From Lama guanicoe (lineage: Eukaryota), in the NCBI GenBank assembly GCA_013239625.1, contig MU053873.1, forward strand, positions 510,524-574,523: a stretch of DNA of 64,000 bases, in the 5' to 3' direction. Both the position numbers and the translations under genes were made by a program. Below the pieces are notes generated by a model. That model was not told where the DNA came from, searched no databases, and saw nothing but the letters and a program-made list of their open reading frames with translations. This document shows, one piece after another, positions 48,642-59,593 of the stretch. Every line of letters begins with the position of its first letter. Position 1 is the first letter of the stretch.

Positions 48642-51139
48642 GTACCTTCTTTGGCGGGACGTCGCGGAGCGGGGTGCCTGGTCCCAGGCTTGTCGCTCCT
48701 GTGTCCTCTGTCAGCCCCAGGTCCAGGTCTACAGTTGGAGCCGGTGGCAAAAGTCGAGTCCTGAGGGCTGGACCCCTCTGCTCGGCCTCACGGGAAGGGG
48801 CTGTTCTGCCCATGCTTCCTGTTCCCCGTATCCCTGGGTTTCGCAGCTGACAACGGTGGTTTGGAAGATGGGAGACTTAGAACCCACTCGTTTCTTCTTG
48901 GGAATAGAAATAGGAAGGACTTTGGAGTACTAAGCCTGTTCAGCCAACGTTTCTGAGCGCCTCTGGGCCATGCGCCGGGGACCCAGCTGTGAACAAGGCC
49001 TGCTCTCATGGAGCGCTCATTCTGCTTTGTGTTGGCAGACGGGGAGGTGCAGCAATGTTTTGAAAAGCAGAAGACAGGTTGATTGGGGAGGAAGTAGTGG
49101 TGGTAATATTTTAGCCAGGGTGTCCCAGGGTGACACTTAACCCTAAACCTGGCTGGATAATAACTCATTCAAACAGGAAAACGTTGGTGCAAAGGCCATG
49201 AGGCTGCTGCAGTCCTGGGGTGTTTCAAGGAAAAAAGTATTGTGTGGAGTGTGAAGTACTCTCAGGTCAGCTCATATCTGGCCTTGTAACCCATGGTAAA
49301 GGGTATTTTTTTTTTTTTTTTTGACATTGAAGGGTTTTCAGCTGTGATGTGACATGATGTAATTTAAATTTACATTCTAATGTCGTCATTTCTGGCTGCT
49401 CTCTGGTGAACAGACTGAAGAGAGTTACTGTGGTGGGTCAGTTGAGGCACAATGGTAATTTAGATTAGGGTGTGGATTAGAGTAGTGATCAGATTTGGGA
49501 TGTATTTTGGGAGGTAGGACAGACAAAACAGGCTGACAGATGCATGCAGGGTGTACAGGAAAGACGAATCCAGGATGACATGTGAGTTTTGACCTCACCC
49601 ATTTAAAATCAGTGGGATGATCTTCAGCTCTGTTTGGCCATGTTAAGTTTGAGCTGCCCCTTAGGCATCAGTGGACATGTCCGGAGGCAAATGGAGATTT
49701 GGATCTGGAGTTCAGAGGAGAGGTCTGAGCCAGAAATACAAGCCACTGGCATAGGTGTGGCATTGAAAACAGACTGAATTTGAGGCCTGGATCTGCCTCT
49801 CACTTGTAAAAGCAACAGTAAGCTTGGTTAGGAGGTTGGGAGAAAAAAATGTGAAATACTCTAAATCCAGGATGAGTTATGCTTACTGGGGTTATTTTTT
49901 ATTTGCAAAGTATCCTGGGAGCCCCTTGGGGCAAGAACTTGTGAAGCTTCTTGGGAAGAATACTTAGGTCTTCCTAACAACAAATTTGGCTGATGGGAAG
50001 TTCAGAGGAGGGAGGAATTAATTTAGGTGGGATGAAAAGGGAAGAGCACAGGGGATTAAGGTGTGACTTGTTTTATTTGGTTTTATCTTTGCCTTTTTAG
50101 TTAATTTTGGAGCAACAATTTTAAAAAAAAATCTAATGTTCTTTAAGCCATCCATTTCTACTTAGAAATTATTATTCTACACATAAATATAGAAAAATAA
50201 GAAAAATGACCTTAGCTTTCCCTTTGATTAATGTTTGAACTCAAGTTGAACAGAACTAAATTCCTTTAAACTTTCAGCCCTATCTACAATCCCCTACACA
50301 TTTAATTCCACTTAAAAATTTAATATATTTGATTTTCTTTTTAAGTACTTCAGATACATACCCTAACAAGCACAATTTCCCCAGAATACTTAAATAGTTA
50401 CTAGAAAGTCTAATAAATTAAACTTACAAATGTGGTGAATTTTGAGTTCTTATAAACAGTTCAATACTTTTAACAGACTTAGTCAAATTCTCCTTATATC
50501 ACTTGTTCTCAGTCTGGGGAGTCAAAAAATACAGGATCCATCTCTGACAAGAAATTAGGGTATGAGGCACCCTTACTAGGTTTTATAGCACCCCATTTTA
50601 TGCAGCCAGTGTTTCCAACCATTTGCTAACCTCTCAACTTAAAATCACAAGTCTAATATCAATTACTGACATATTTTATCAGTTCTCTGCATATTTAACT
50701 TAAATTTAAAATTGGAATCACAATGCTTTCCTGTCATATACTCAACGTGTCAAATTCTTTTCAATGTGATTTTTTTCAATACCAAGTATACTCTTTATTA
50801 ATAAACTTAGGACAGGAACATTAATACAATGATTTTGATTTACTCTGCTTAACTCTGTTTTCAGTTCTAAGCTTTTATGGACTGTGACAAGACACTTAGC
50901 CAGTAAGAAGACAGTTTTATCCACTGTAATGTGTTGTACTTAGCATTTCAGTCAAGGTGCAGTTACCATTTCAGTGCACTGAAATGTTCTGATCGATTTC
51001 TGACTGGAACACGAATCTGGGGGCTCTGTTTATGCACAGTGACCACCTTCAGTGGAGGCTGCCTTTAGGATGTAGAGGATGGAGAGGTTGATGAGCAGTG
51101 GAGCTCAGTTCTCCAGGCTTTTATTTCTCAGGAGGTACC

Positions 51140-51270
51140 TGCTAGGGGGTGCTAGACTCATTGGTTAAAATGCAAATTTCTGGGCCCCTCTCCAGATCTG
51201 CTGAGTCAGAATTCTGGAGGCTCTGGTTCAGGAGACTTCATTTTTAAGAAACTCCTCACCAGGAGCAATG
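51140..51270. mobile_element. MER5-like hAT-Charlie relic (similar pieces near 53760 and 59160)
   Basis: TTAAAATGCAAATTTCTGGGCCCC...CTGAGTCAGAATTCTGG. Confidence 0.6.
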
Positions 51271-51811
51271 AAAAATTGTGAGGAATTGTTTTCAGAGGGT
51301 TGATCTGACGCTGCCCAGGGTAGGGTAGGCTAAGACTCGTCCACATGTGAACAGCTGAGGCCTGAGTTGGGCAGCAGTGACAGTGGTGACAGAGGGTCAC
51401 ACGGCATTTGGAGCCCAAACTTGAGGGGGAAGGTAGGGAGAAGGGAAAGGTAGAGGTGGTTCTGAGTCAGGGTATATGGTTCAAGAGCCTCCTTCAGGCT
51501 ATTTTTACCTTCCTATTTGGAATCTCTGGCCTCCTGGGACCTCTGTCTGGTGAGAAACCATGTCTCCAGCCTGCAGCTCCTGAGCCCAGATTTGAGTTCA
51601 GCCAACCTTCTCTGAGCCACGTCTGCGTGGAATCAGGGCACATGCTCTCAGCCTTCAGCCGGGGACCCAGGAAAATGTTTACACTGGATCCCTTTCAGCA
51701 CCACGCCTAGCTGGTTCATCCAGGTGAACCAGGTCACTGGAACCATCCATGGCAGCCTCCTGAGGGAGAAGGAATAGGATTTATCCCTGCCTGACAGATT
51801 TCCCACTTTTT

Positions 51812-51912
51812 AAAAATTATTGATTTATTTATTTTAATGGAGGTACTGGGGATTGAACCCAGGATCTCTGCACGCTAAGCATGCGCTCTACCACTGAGGT
51901 ATGCCCTCCCCC
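51812..51912 (-). mobile_element. Vic-1-type SINE with target-site duplication
   Basis: SINE body flanked by ATTTCCCACTTTTT (~51798) and ATTTCCTACTTTTT (~51916). Confidence 0.88.
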
Positions 51913-52083
51913 ACCATTTCCTACTTTTTTTGAAGGGAATTTTTTGGAAAAAATTTAAAACTACACATGCTAAATGTAGAAACCTAGAAAAACAGAAAAA
52001 CAAAAAAATGAAAAGAGAAAAATCCCACACATCATAATTTATTCTCCAGATATAACCACAGTAAATATTTTGTGTCTGCTCCA

Positions 52084-52086
<3 letters not shown>

Positions 52087-52138
<52 letters not shown>
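52087..52138. repeat. Perfect (TG)26 microsatellite
   Basis: Direct reading. Confidence 0.97.
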
Positions 52139-52140
<2 letters not shown>

Positions 52141-52979
52141 GGGGCAGGAGGTTCTTTCTCCTTAAAAAAGTGGAGTCATGCTGTGCACACCATTGTGACA
52201 GTGAGCCATTTTTCATTTATGTTATGGAGTGAACATTTTTTCCATGTAGGGAATTGTTCCCTTTGACTGATTTTTTAAAATTGTAGTATAGTTGATGTAC
52301 TCCTTTGACTTGATTTTTAGTGGCTGTGCAGTACTCCACTGAATAGATGTGGCTCACCCCCTACTCTGGTTCCTTGCCAGTTGTGGGCTCCCACTACCCA
52401 AAGTTACTTTTAGAGGAAGATGAGGAAATAGGCTTTGTGCATCATCAGTGAACCCCTGCCTCCACCGTACATGGGACGCTGAGCAGCCTGCCTGACATGT
52501 GGTGAGCAATGGATAACTCAGCTCTTTTTACTATTGGACATTTAGAGTTTGGTTTCTGGAGAAGCTACATTGCAGTGATCACCTTGGTACCTAGATCTTT
52601 GAGATTATCTCTGATCATTTCCTTGGAGTAAGTGCCTATTGGATACAGGTGCCCCTACTTGGCACAGAGCTTGTTACCCATGACTGCCTCTGGGGACGCA
52701 TCTGTTGGTCGCCCCCAGCATATATTCAGTGCACCTTATGAGAGCAGGGACTCTGCGTCCTGAGCTATGAATCGTAGTTTGGCAGAGAGGAAGTGCTCAG
52801 TGCATGTTTGGCTGGTGAATGAATGACTGAGGGAACCATGGAACTTTAGGGGTGTGAGTGTGAGTTGAAGGGGTGCCCTCCTTTGACTTTACTCAGGACG
52901 TTTTAGGTTATGGGGCACTTTGTACCTGTGGCCATCACAAGTTGTAAAGTGATTTAGTTTTTCCATTCATTTATTTCAC

Positions 52980-53472
52980 TGTATTCATTAGCTATTGCTG
53001 CATAACAAATTACCCTAAAACTTAGGGACTTAACACAACAAACATTATCTCATAGGTTTCTGAGGATCAGAAATTTGGGAGTGGTTTAGCTGGGTGGTTC
53101 TGGCTAAGGGTCTCTCACAAGATTACAGTCAACCTGTCAGCCAGGGCTGCTCTCCTCTGAAGGCCTGACTGGAGCTGGAGGGTCAGCCTCCAAGCTTGTT
53201 CACATGGCTATCAGCAGAAAGTGTCAGTTCCTTGCCATGTGGGCCTCTCTGCAGGACTGCTCACAGTAAGGTAGCCGGCTCCTCCCAGAGCCAGTGATCA
53301 GAGAAAGGAAGACACCAGAATGGAGGCCGCATTGCCATATAACCTAATCTTGGAAGTGACATACCATCCCCTCTGCTCCCTCGTCTTGGTCACACAGAGT
53401 TTGAGAGGGGACAACACAAAGTGCAGACACCGGGACGTGGGCTCATTGGGCGGCACAGAGGCTGGCTGTCAC
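52980..53472 (-). mobile_element. MLT1 (ERVL-MaLR) solo LTR, MLT1F/G/H-like
   Basis: TGTATT...CTATTGCTGCATAACAAATTACCCTAAAACTTAG...TTAGCTGGGTGGTTCTGGCT...GGAAGTGACATACCATC. Confidence 0.8.
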
Positions 53473-56400
53473 GTCCACAGATGTGTGTTGAGCAGCCCTG
53501 GCTAAGCACCTACCACGCATGACTTAATCCTCCTAGTACTCTTGTGAAATAGTATCATTATCCCTGTCTTCCAGATGAGGCTCAAAGGATAGGTAGTTGG
53601 CTGAGAATTTCACAGCCCGAAAGTGGCAGGGTTGGGGTTCAGACCTGGTTGAGTGGTTAGAGTACAGGTTGGTGCAGGTGGTCTGCATGATTCTGGGCAA
53701 ACTGTCTCCTTCTCTGTTCCTCAGTCCATCATCTATGTATTAGACCAGCATTTCTGTGGACTCTGCAGCAGGGCCTCCTTAGATCCTAGTCCTGCCCTAG
53801 ACCTGCTGAGTTAGAAATTGCTGTGGGTGGGGTCCCCACTGCCTCCTATTGCTGAAATAAGATGATCTGCTTTCCTCCAAGAGGTTATCATAGGAAGGAG
53901 GTCAGGATGAGAAAGCCATGTGGTTGCTACAAAAGGCCAGGGCATCTGAGGGAGACCCTTAACATATTGGGGCTCCCATCAGGGAAGACATCTGGGTCTT
54001 CTTGGCACTTCTGTTGGGACTGGGTCCTGAGGGGGCAGTCTGCAGGCCACCTGCGTGGGACAGTTCTGATGCCATCGACTCCAGACGGCGGGCATATGTG
54101 GCGGGCTGCCGTGCTTCTGGTTGGCAAGCAGTAAAGCCGTCCTCTGGCTGAGGTTTGCTGTTTACCTGGGGTCTGGCGGAGCCGTAATTAGAAGAAATGA
54201 CAGGTGAGCTTGAGGGCGGCATGTGGTGAGCACAAGTCCTGGATAATTACAGTGTGCCTCCCAGCCCCCGGCTGCGGCTGAGCTGTTGGCTTATTTTAGC
54301 CTTGTGCCAAAGCCAGCTCTGGACCTGAGACACTGGCAATGAAAGGGACCAAGAATATCGATGAAGCACAAATGTCTGCCTCCCGCCAGCCTCGCGGTGG
54401 AGCGGTGGGGCAGGGAAGGGGCGGGCCCCGGGGCTGCCAGACCCCAGTGTAGGTGCTGGCTCTGGCACGCCTGGGCACGGCGCGTCGCAGCATCGTGGTG
54501 AGGGCCCCACAGCACTCAGGTTGTTGAGGGACTGTCCTTATCGCTGTCTCTCCTGGCCAGGCCTTTGAGCAAATTAGGGGTATTTCTGAACCTACTTCCT
54601 CATCTGGGAAATGAACGCCTTAATATCTGCTCAGAGGGTCTGTGAATGACAGCCAGGTGCCTGGCACCCAGGAATCAAATCCGAAGCCGTCTGCCCTCCT
54701 CCCACCCCACCCCCCATTCTCTTTTCTTCCCTCTTCCACTACACAGAGTCTCAACTTGTAATCTTTCCTGTGAGCCCAGAGGCCTGCAGTCAGGTGCAGG
54801 GATAAACAGGTGTGGTTTAAGTCCGTGGGGTGGGGCTCTGCTGCGGACAGAAGCCCTGCAGAGAGGGTGGGGGTGGCAGTGAGAGACCTGCCTTGGGGCC
54901 TTAGATGTCTCTCTTCTCTGTCCTCCTCATCCTTACCCTCGTCCCCAGATTCAGCTTGTAGAGAAGAGGGCCTGGGAGCTGTCGGCGAGCAGAGGGTGGG
55001 AGGCCCCTAGTTCTGCAGCCCCCCGCCCCTCATTCCGACAGCAGTTGTGTATGTGAGCCTCTGCTCTAGGTGCAGCAGAGGGACGGACAGACAGCTGTGG
55101 GGAGCAGGCCCCTATGACAGTAGACCAGTGTGGGAGGAGAGCTATGGAAAACTGAGCAGGTGGTAAGCGGGGCAGAAGTGTCCACGCTGTGACTTTGGCC
55201 GCAGTTTTACATCAGGAGGTCAGGATGTGCTCACGGCGGGGTGTCAGGAGGAGGGAGCCTCCTGGAGGGTCATGGTCACAGCAGTAACAGCCGCCATTCT
55301 CTGCCATGGGAAGTTCACAGAGGTGGGGGGGGGTCCCTGTTTTATAGCTAAGGACAGACTCGGGGATGAAATAACTTTCCAGAGGTCACCCAGCTGAGAG
55401 GTGGCAGAGCTGGAATTTGAACCCAGTCCTGTGTGACCCCAGAAAGTGGTCCCACCAGCCTCGCCCTTTACCCCTTGGCCATGAGAAGCCACCCTGTCAC
55501 CTGGCAAGTCTCCAGGGAGCCAGCAGATGCTCTTGCAGCCATGGACCTGGTCTCTGGGAGTGGGTGGGTGGCACCACCTGTGTTCCCGGTTAGGGAGTTC
55601 TGTGTTCCGGACGGGGCCTCGTTCACACACTGCTGAGTGCGCCAGCCCCAGAGGGTGAGGATGAATCATGGCAGAGAGGGCCAGCTTAGTCAGCACCCAT
55701 GCTGGTGTCTGGGTGACATAGAGACGTCCAGCTGTCCCCATCCCTCTTCCGTGACCTCCCACTCAGAGCTGCCAAGTGTGGTGGTGCAGGTTGTGCCTTG
55801 TGCAAGGACGCCTGGCTGAGAGGTGAGGCAAAGCGAAATACACTCCACCTGCCAAGTTGTGTGTCTGGCCCAGCGTATCTGTCCAGAGGATTCTGCAGCC
55901 GCACTTCTTCCTGATGTATGCCAAGGCAGTGGAACAGGAGGGAGTTGGGTCAGAAGTCCTAGAAGTTCACGCCTGGGCGATGCCTAGGTGAGGTCACCTT
56001 GCTAAGGACAGCTCCTGCCCAGGAACAGGGCCTCTGCCCCAGGGGGTCAGGCCTGTGAAGTGGGGAAGTGTGGGTCGCTTGGAAGCTGCTCTGCTCCTCT
56101 GACACCACTCCCAGCCGTGGGGGCTCTGCAGAGCTGCTGCGTGGGCAAGGGTCTCAGGCTGCCCCGGGGCTGAGGCTCTGATCCCACCTCTGCCTTGTGC
56201 TGTGTACTTCGGGCAGCTCACTTGCCCTCTCCTGGCCTCACTTTTCTCCTCAGTAACGGACCAGCTGACCACGGAGATCACTTGGGCACTGACATCCTGT
56301 TCCTTGTTCTGTACCTTCATTTTCTGACATACAGGCTTTTCGGGGACCAACAGTAATGATGGTGATGACAGCCGATATTTTTTGAGGGCCTCCTATAGGC

Positions 56401-59400
56401 CAGGCTCTGCGAATTAGAAAGTGGTGGTACCTGAATTTAAACCCGGATGGTCTCAGGAGGCTCTTAGAAGTCATCTGGTCTAGCTGCCTGCCTCCTGCTT
56501 CACACATAGGGAAACTGAAGCCTAGAGAGGGCAGGTGACAGAGCCACAGCCTCAGTTGGCAGGGCTGGGACTAGAACTCAAGGTCTGTGGACCTGTCCTA
56601 GACGGCTGGACACTTGCCCTCTGCCGGATGAGGGGTGGCTAGGGTGGGCAGAAGGAGGTGTGGGTGGGTGGCGCTGCCAGTGTGGCCCTCAGCTGAGGCT
56701 AATTTGTCCCCCATGGTTTGTATGTGAGAGACAGGGGATACCCAAACACACATGCTCACGGACACACAGCCCAGCACCCAGGCTCATCATTTGAACCAGT
56801 GTTGCTGGGAGGTTGAGGGAGGGGCATGTGAGCTTCATTTCCTGGTGGGTTGGTGGGAGGCTTTCCCAGCAGACCTGAGCCCCAGGCATGGAGAGACCTG
56901 CTTTCCTTTCTGGATGTGTAATCTGGGGCACCTCACAGCACCTCTCTGAGCCTCAGTTTCCTCATTCGTAAATGGGATTATAATACATACATACCTCTTG
57001 GGGTTTGTAGGGACCACATGATCCCGGGGGTGTAGTGAGTGATTAATAAAGGAAAGCTGTCATCATTTTGCTTTGTTAGGAGGAGATGTTCATAAGTGAC
57101 GAGGAATGTGGGCTTTAGAGCCATCCTGCCTGGATTCTGAGCCCAGCTCGGCTGCTTTCCAGCTGTGTGACCTTGGCTAAGTCACTACACTTCTTGGAGC
57201 CTCAATGTCCTCATCTGAAACCTCCTCACAGGCTTTCCTGAGGATTGAATGAGATGATGCATTACAAATCATGTAGCCCAGTGCCAGCATCTGGTCGGTG
57301 CTCAGTGGATCCCAATGTTAGGTAACATTTATTGAGCCCTTGCTCAACGCCAGACATCAGTAGTGTCATTTGTGTTGTTGGCGCTCTTTTATTAATAATA
57401 CGTTTGGATTAGCAAACTTTTGTGTACTGCTCCCTGAGCCATCAGCCAACCAGTCAGACCCCCCCCATCCCATATTCCTACAGTGAAAGCAGAGGCCCGA
57501 GGTCACACAGCTGGCTTCCCAGTGCCTTTGTCCCAGTCGTTTTGTCCAGCCAAGCCTGCCGCAGAGCTGCTGTTCCATCTCAGTCTCCCGGAGAGACGCC
57601 CCTCCCACTGCCCCTCCCCTCCCCGTTCCTCTCCAGAGCCAGCAGCTCCTCTGAGCTTCAGGCTTCGTGAATGGCTTGGTTAAGCGCTCGGCCATTAAAT
57701 GTTCATCTCTTACAATTTCAATCCAATTCCTATAAGTTTATTGGCAAGACGGGGTGTATTAGAACTGCCAAATTTAATATATCAAGTCCATGTGTCTGGG
57801 CTGTGGTTTCTCAGCAGTAATGGGAGGAGAGAGATTTTATACGTTTTCATTTTGAATGACTGTCTGTTCCAGGTCCCATTACAGCCCTTGACTTAATGGC
57901 TGCTGTCCTTGTCTGCCGCAGGAGCGCTTTCTCCATCAGCTCGCCCGGCTGCCTGGACTGTCCAGGTGGCTTGCTTGTCTGTGCCTCTCCCCCATTCTTC
58001 TCTTCCCGAGGTGCATTCCCCCAGCCATCTGCCCTGTGGGTCAGGTCTCAGCTGTAACTTTATTTGCCAGATACTGGGCATTTGGGGGTTTTGCCACTAG
58101 CCTGGGCTGCTGCCTTGTGACCCTGGGGAAGTCTCTTTCCTCTTCTGGGCTGCAGCAACCTGCTTTGGGAAGTGAGGGGTCAGACTATAGGACCTGAAAG
58201 GTGAGGGGCTGTTGTGGGCTTACCCTTTGAAGATCCTACTTGGTGGCCCCAAGTGGACCTATTTGTCCTCTGGTCTTGTGACACCAAACAGGGGGACCCC
58301 AGGACTGGCCATGAGTCATAGAATTGCCATCTGCCCATGGTTACAGAGCTGCTGGGTCAGGGGTGGCAGCTGTGGTCACCTTGACTGAGGGATCTTAAGG
58401 GCCTTAAGACCCTGAGACATTCTCATTTCCCCCTGTGACTGCCCCTGAGTGTTAGCTGATCTCCTTGGGAAGCTGTGTGCTTTCTGCCCGAGTCCTCTGG
58501 CTTCTCTAAGCCTTGAGCTGGCTGTGGAAGAGAGGACACGAGCAGCGGGATTTTAGGGCACCTGAGTCTACCTTCTGCTTACCAGCTGGGTGACCTTGGG
58601 CAAATCACTTCTTCTCTCTGAACCTCAGTTGTCCCATAAGGAAACGGGAATTAATTGATTTATTCAACAAATATTTGGTTGCTGACTGTACCATGCACCA
58701 CTTTGGGTTGCTGCGGCTTCAGCGATAAACAAAACAAAAATATCCCAGTCCACATGGATTTATATTCCCGTTAGAGGAAAAATATAATAAACATAACAAG
58801 TAACTGACTACTTCAAAGGTGATAAAAAGGAAGCAGAGAATGGGGAAAGCCAAGTAGAGGGCTCTGCGGTTTTAAATCAAGTGGTCACGGGAGATTACCG
58901 AGAAGATAGTACTTGAGCAAAGATCCAAAGGGTCAAGTGACCAAGCGTGGCAGGGATCCAGGGGAGGCATCCTGGCAGAAGGACCAGCAGGTGCCAACAC
59001 CAGGAGGTGGGTGTGTGCCTGGTGTGTGTGAGGAGCTGAGAGGAAGCCTGTGTGGCCAGTCAGTGTGGAGAGAAGAGGAGAGGAAATCAGGGTGTGGTGG
59101 GATGGGGGCTGTCTCAAAGGGCTAAGGGGGTGGTTCTTCAGCCTGGCTTCATCCAGGAACTCCCTGAGGAGCATTCAGACCTGCTGATGCCCAGGCCCCA
59201 CCCACCATGGTTCTGCTTTCACTGGCCTGGGGTAGCAGCTGGGCATCAGAGCTATTAAAAGATCCCTCTAGAATGAGACCTCTCAGGACGTAAGCATCGG
59301 CCCATGTAGTTCATCACGGGCTGCCGTGGACTGTAAGGGAGGTGGTGGGGCAAGTAGCGCCTTTCTCGCACGGCGCAGGCCTGGCCTTTGGCATGCTCAG

Positions 59401-59466
59401 GCTGCTGGGGTGCTGCGGACTTTGGTGGTGGCGTGACCTGGTGCTCTGTGATTTCCCAGGGCGGCC

Positions 59467-59593
59467 ATGGGGAAGCGTTACTTCTGCGACTACTGTGACC
59501 GCTCCTTCCAGGACAACCTCCACAACCGCAAGAAGCACCTGAATGGGCTACAGCACCTCAAGGCCAAGAAGCTCTGGTACGACATGTTCCGAG
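59467..59593 (+). CDS. ZMAT5: ZMAT5 coding exon 1 ([42 protein letters not shown]), matrin/U1C-type zinc finger
   Basis: Kozak GCCATGG, CxxC...H...H zinc finger, GTGGGT donor; 127 nt; nearest acceptor CAG ends at 59459. Confidence 0.96.

Larger units (their letters stand above)
48050..48800. promoter_or_regulatory. CpG-island bidirectional promoter shared by UQCR10 (-) and ZMAT5 (+)
   Basis: CpG-dense flanks around a short AT-rich core. ACTACAnnTCCCA-like ZNF143/THAP11 motifs at 48296-48308 (-), 48467-48485 (+) and 48563-48581 (+). NRF1-like GCGCCTGCGC at 48240-48249. YY1-like GCCGCCATGTT at 48204-48214. Confidence 0.85.
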
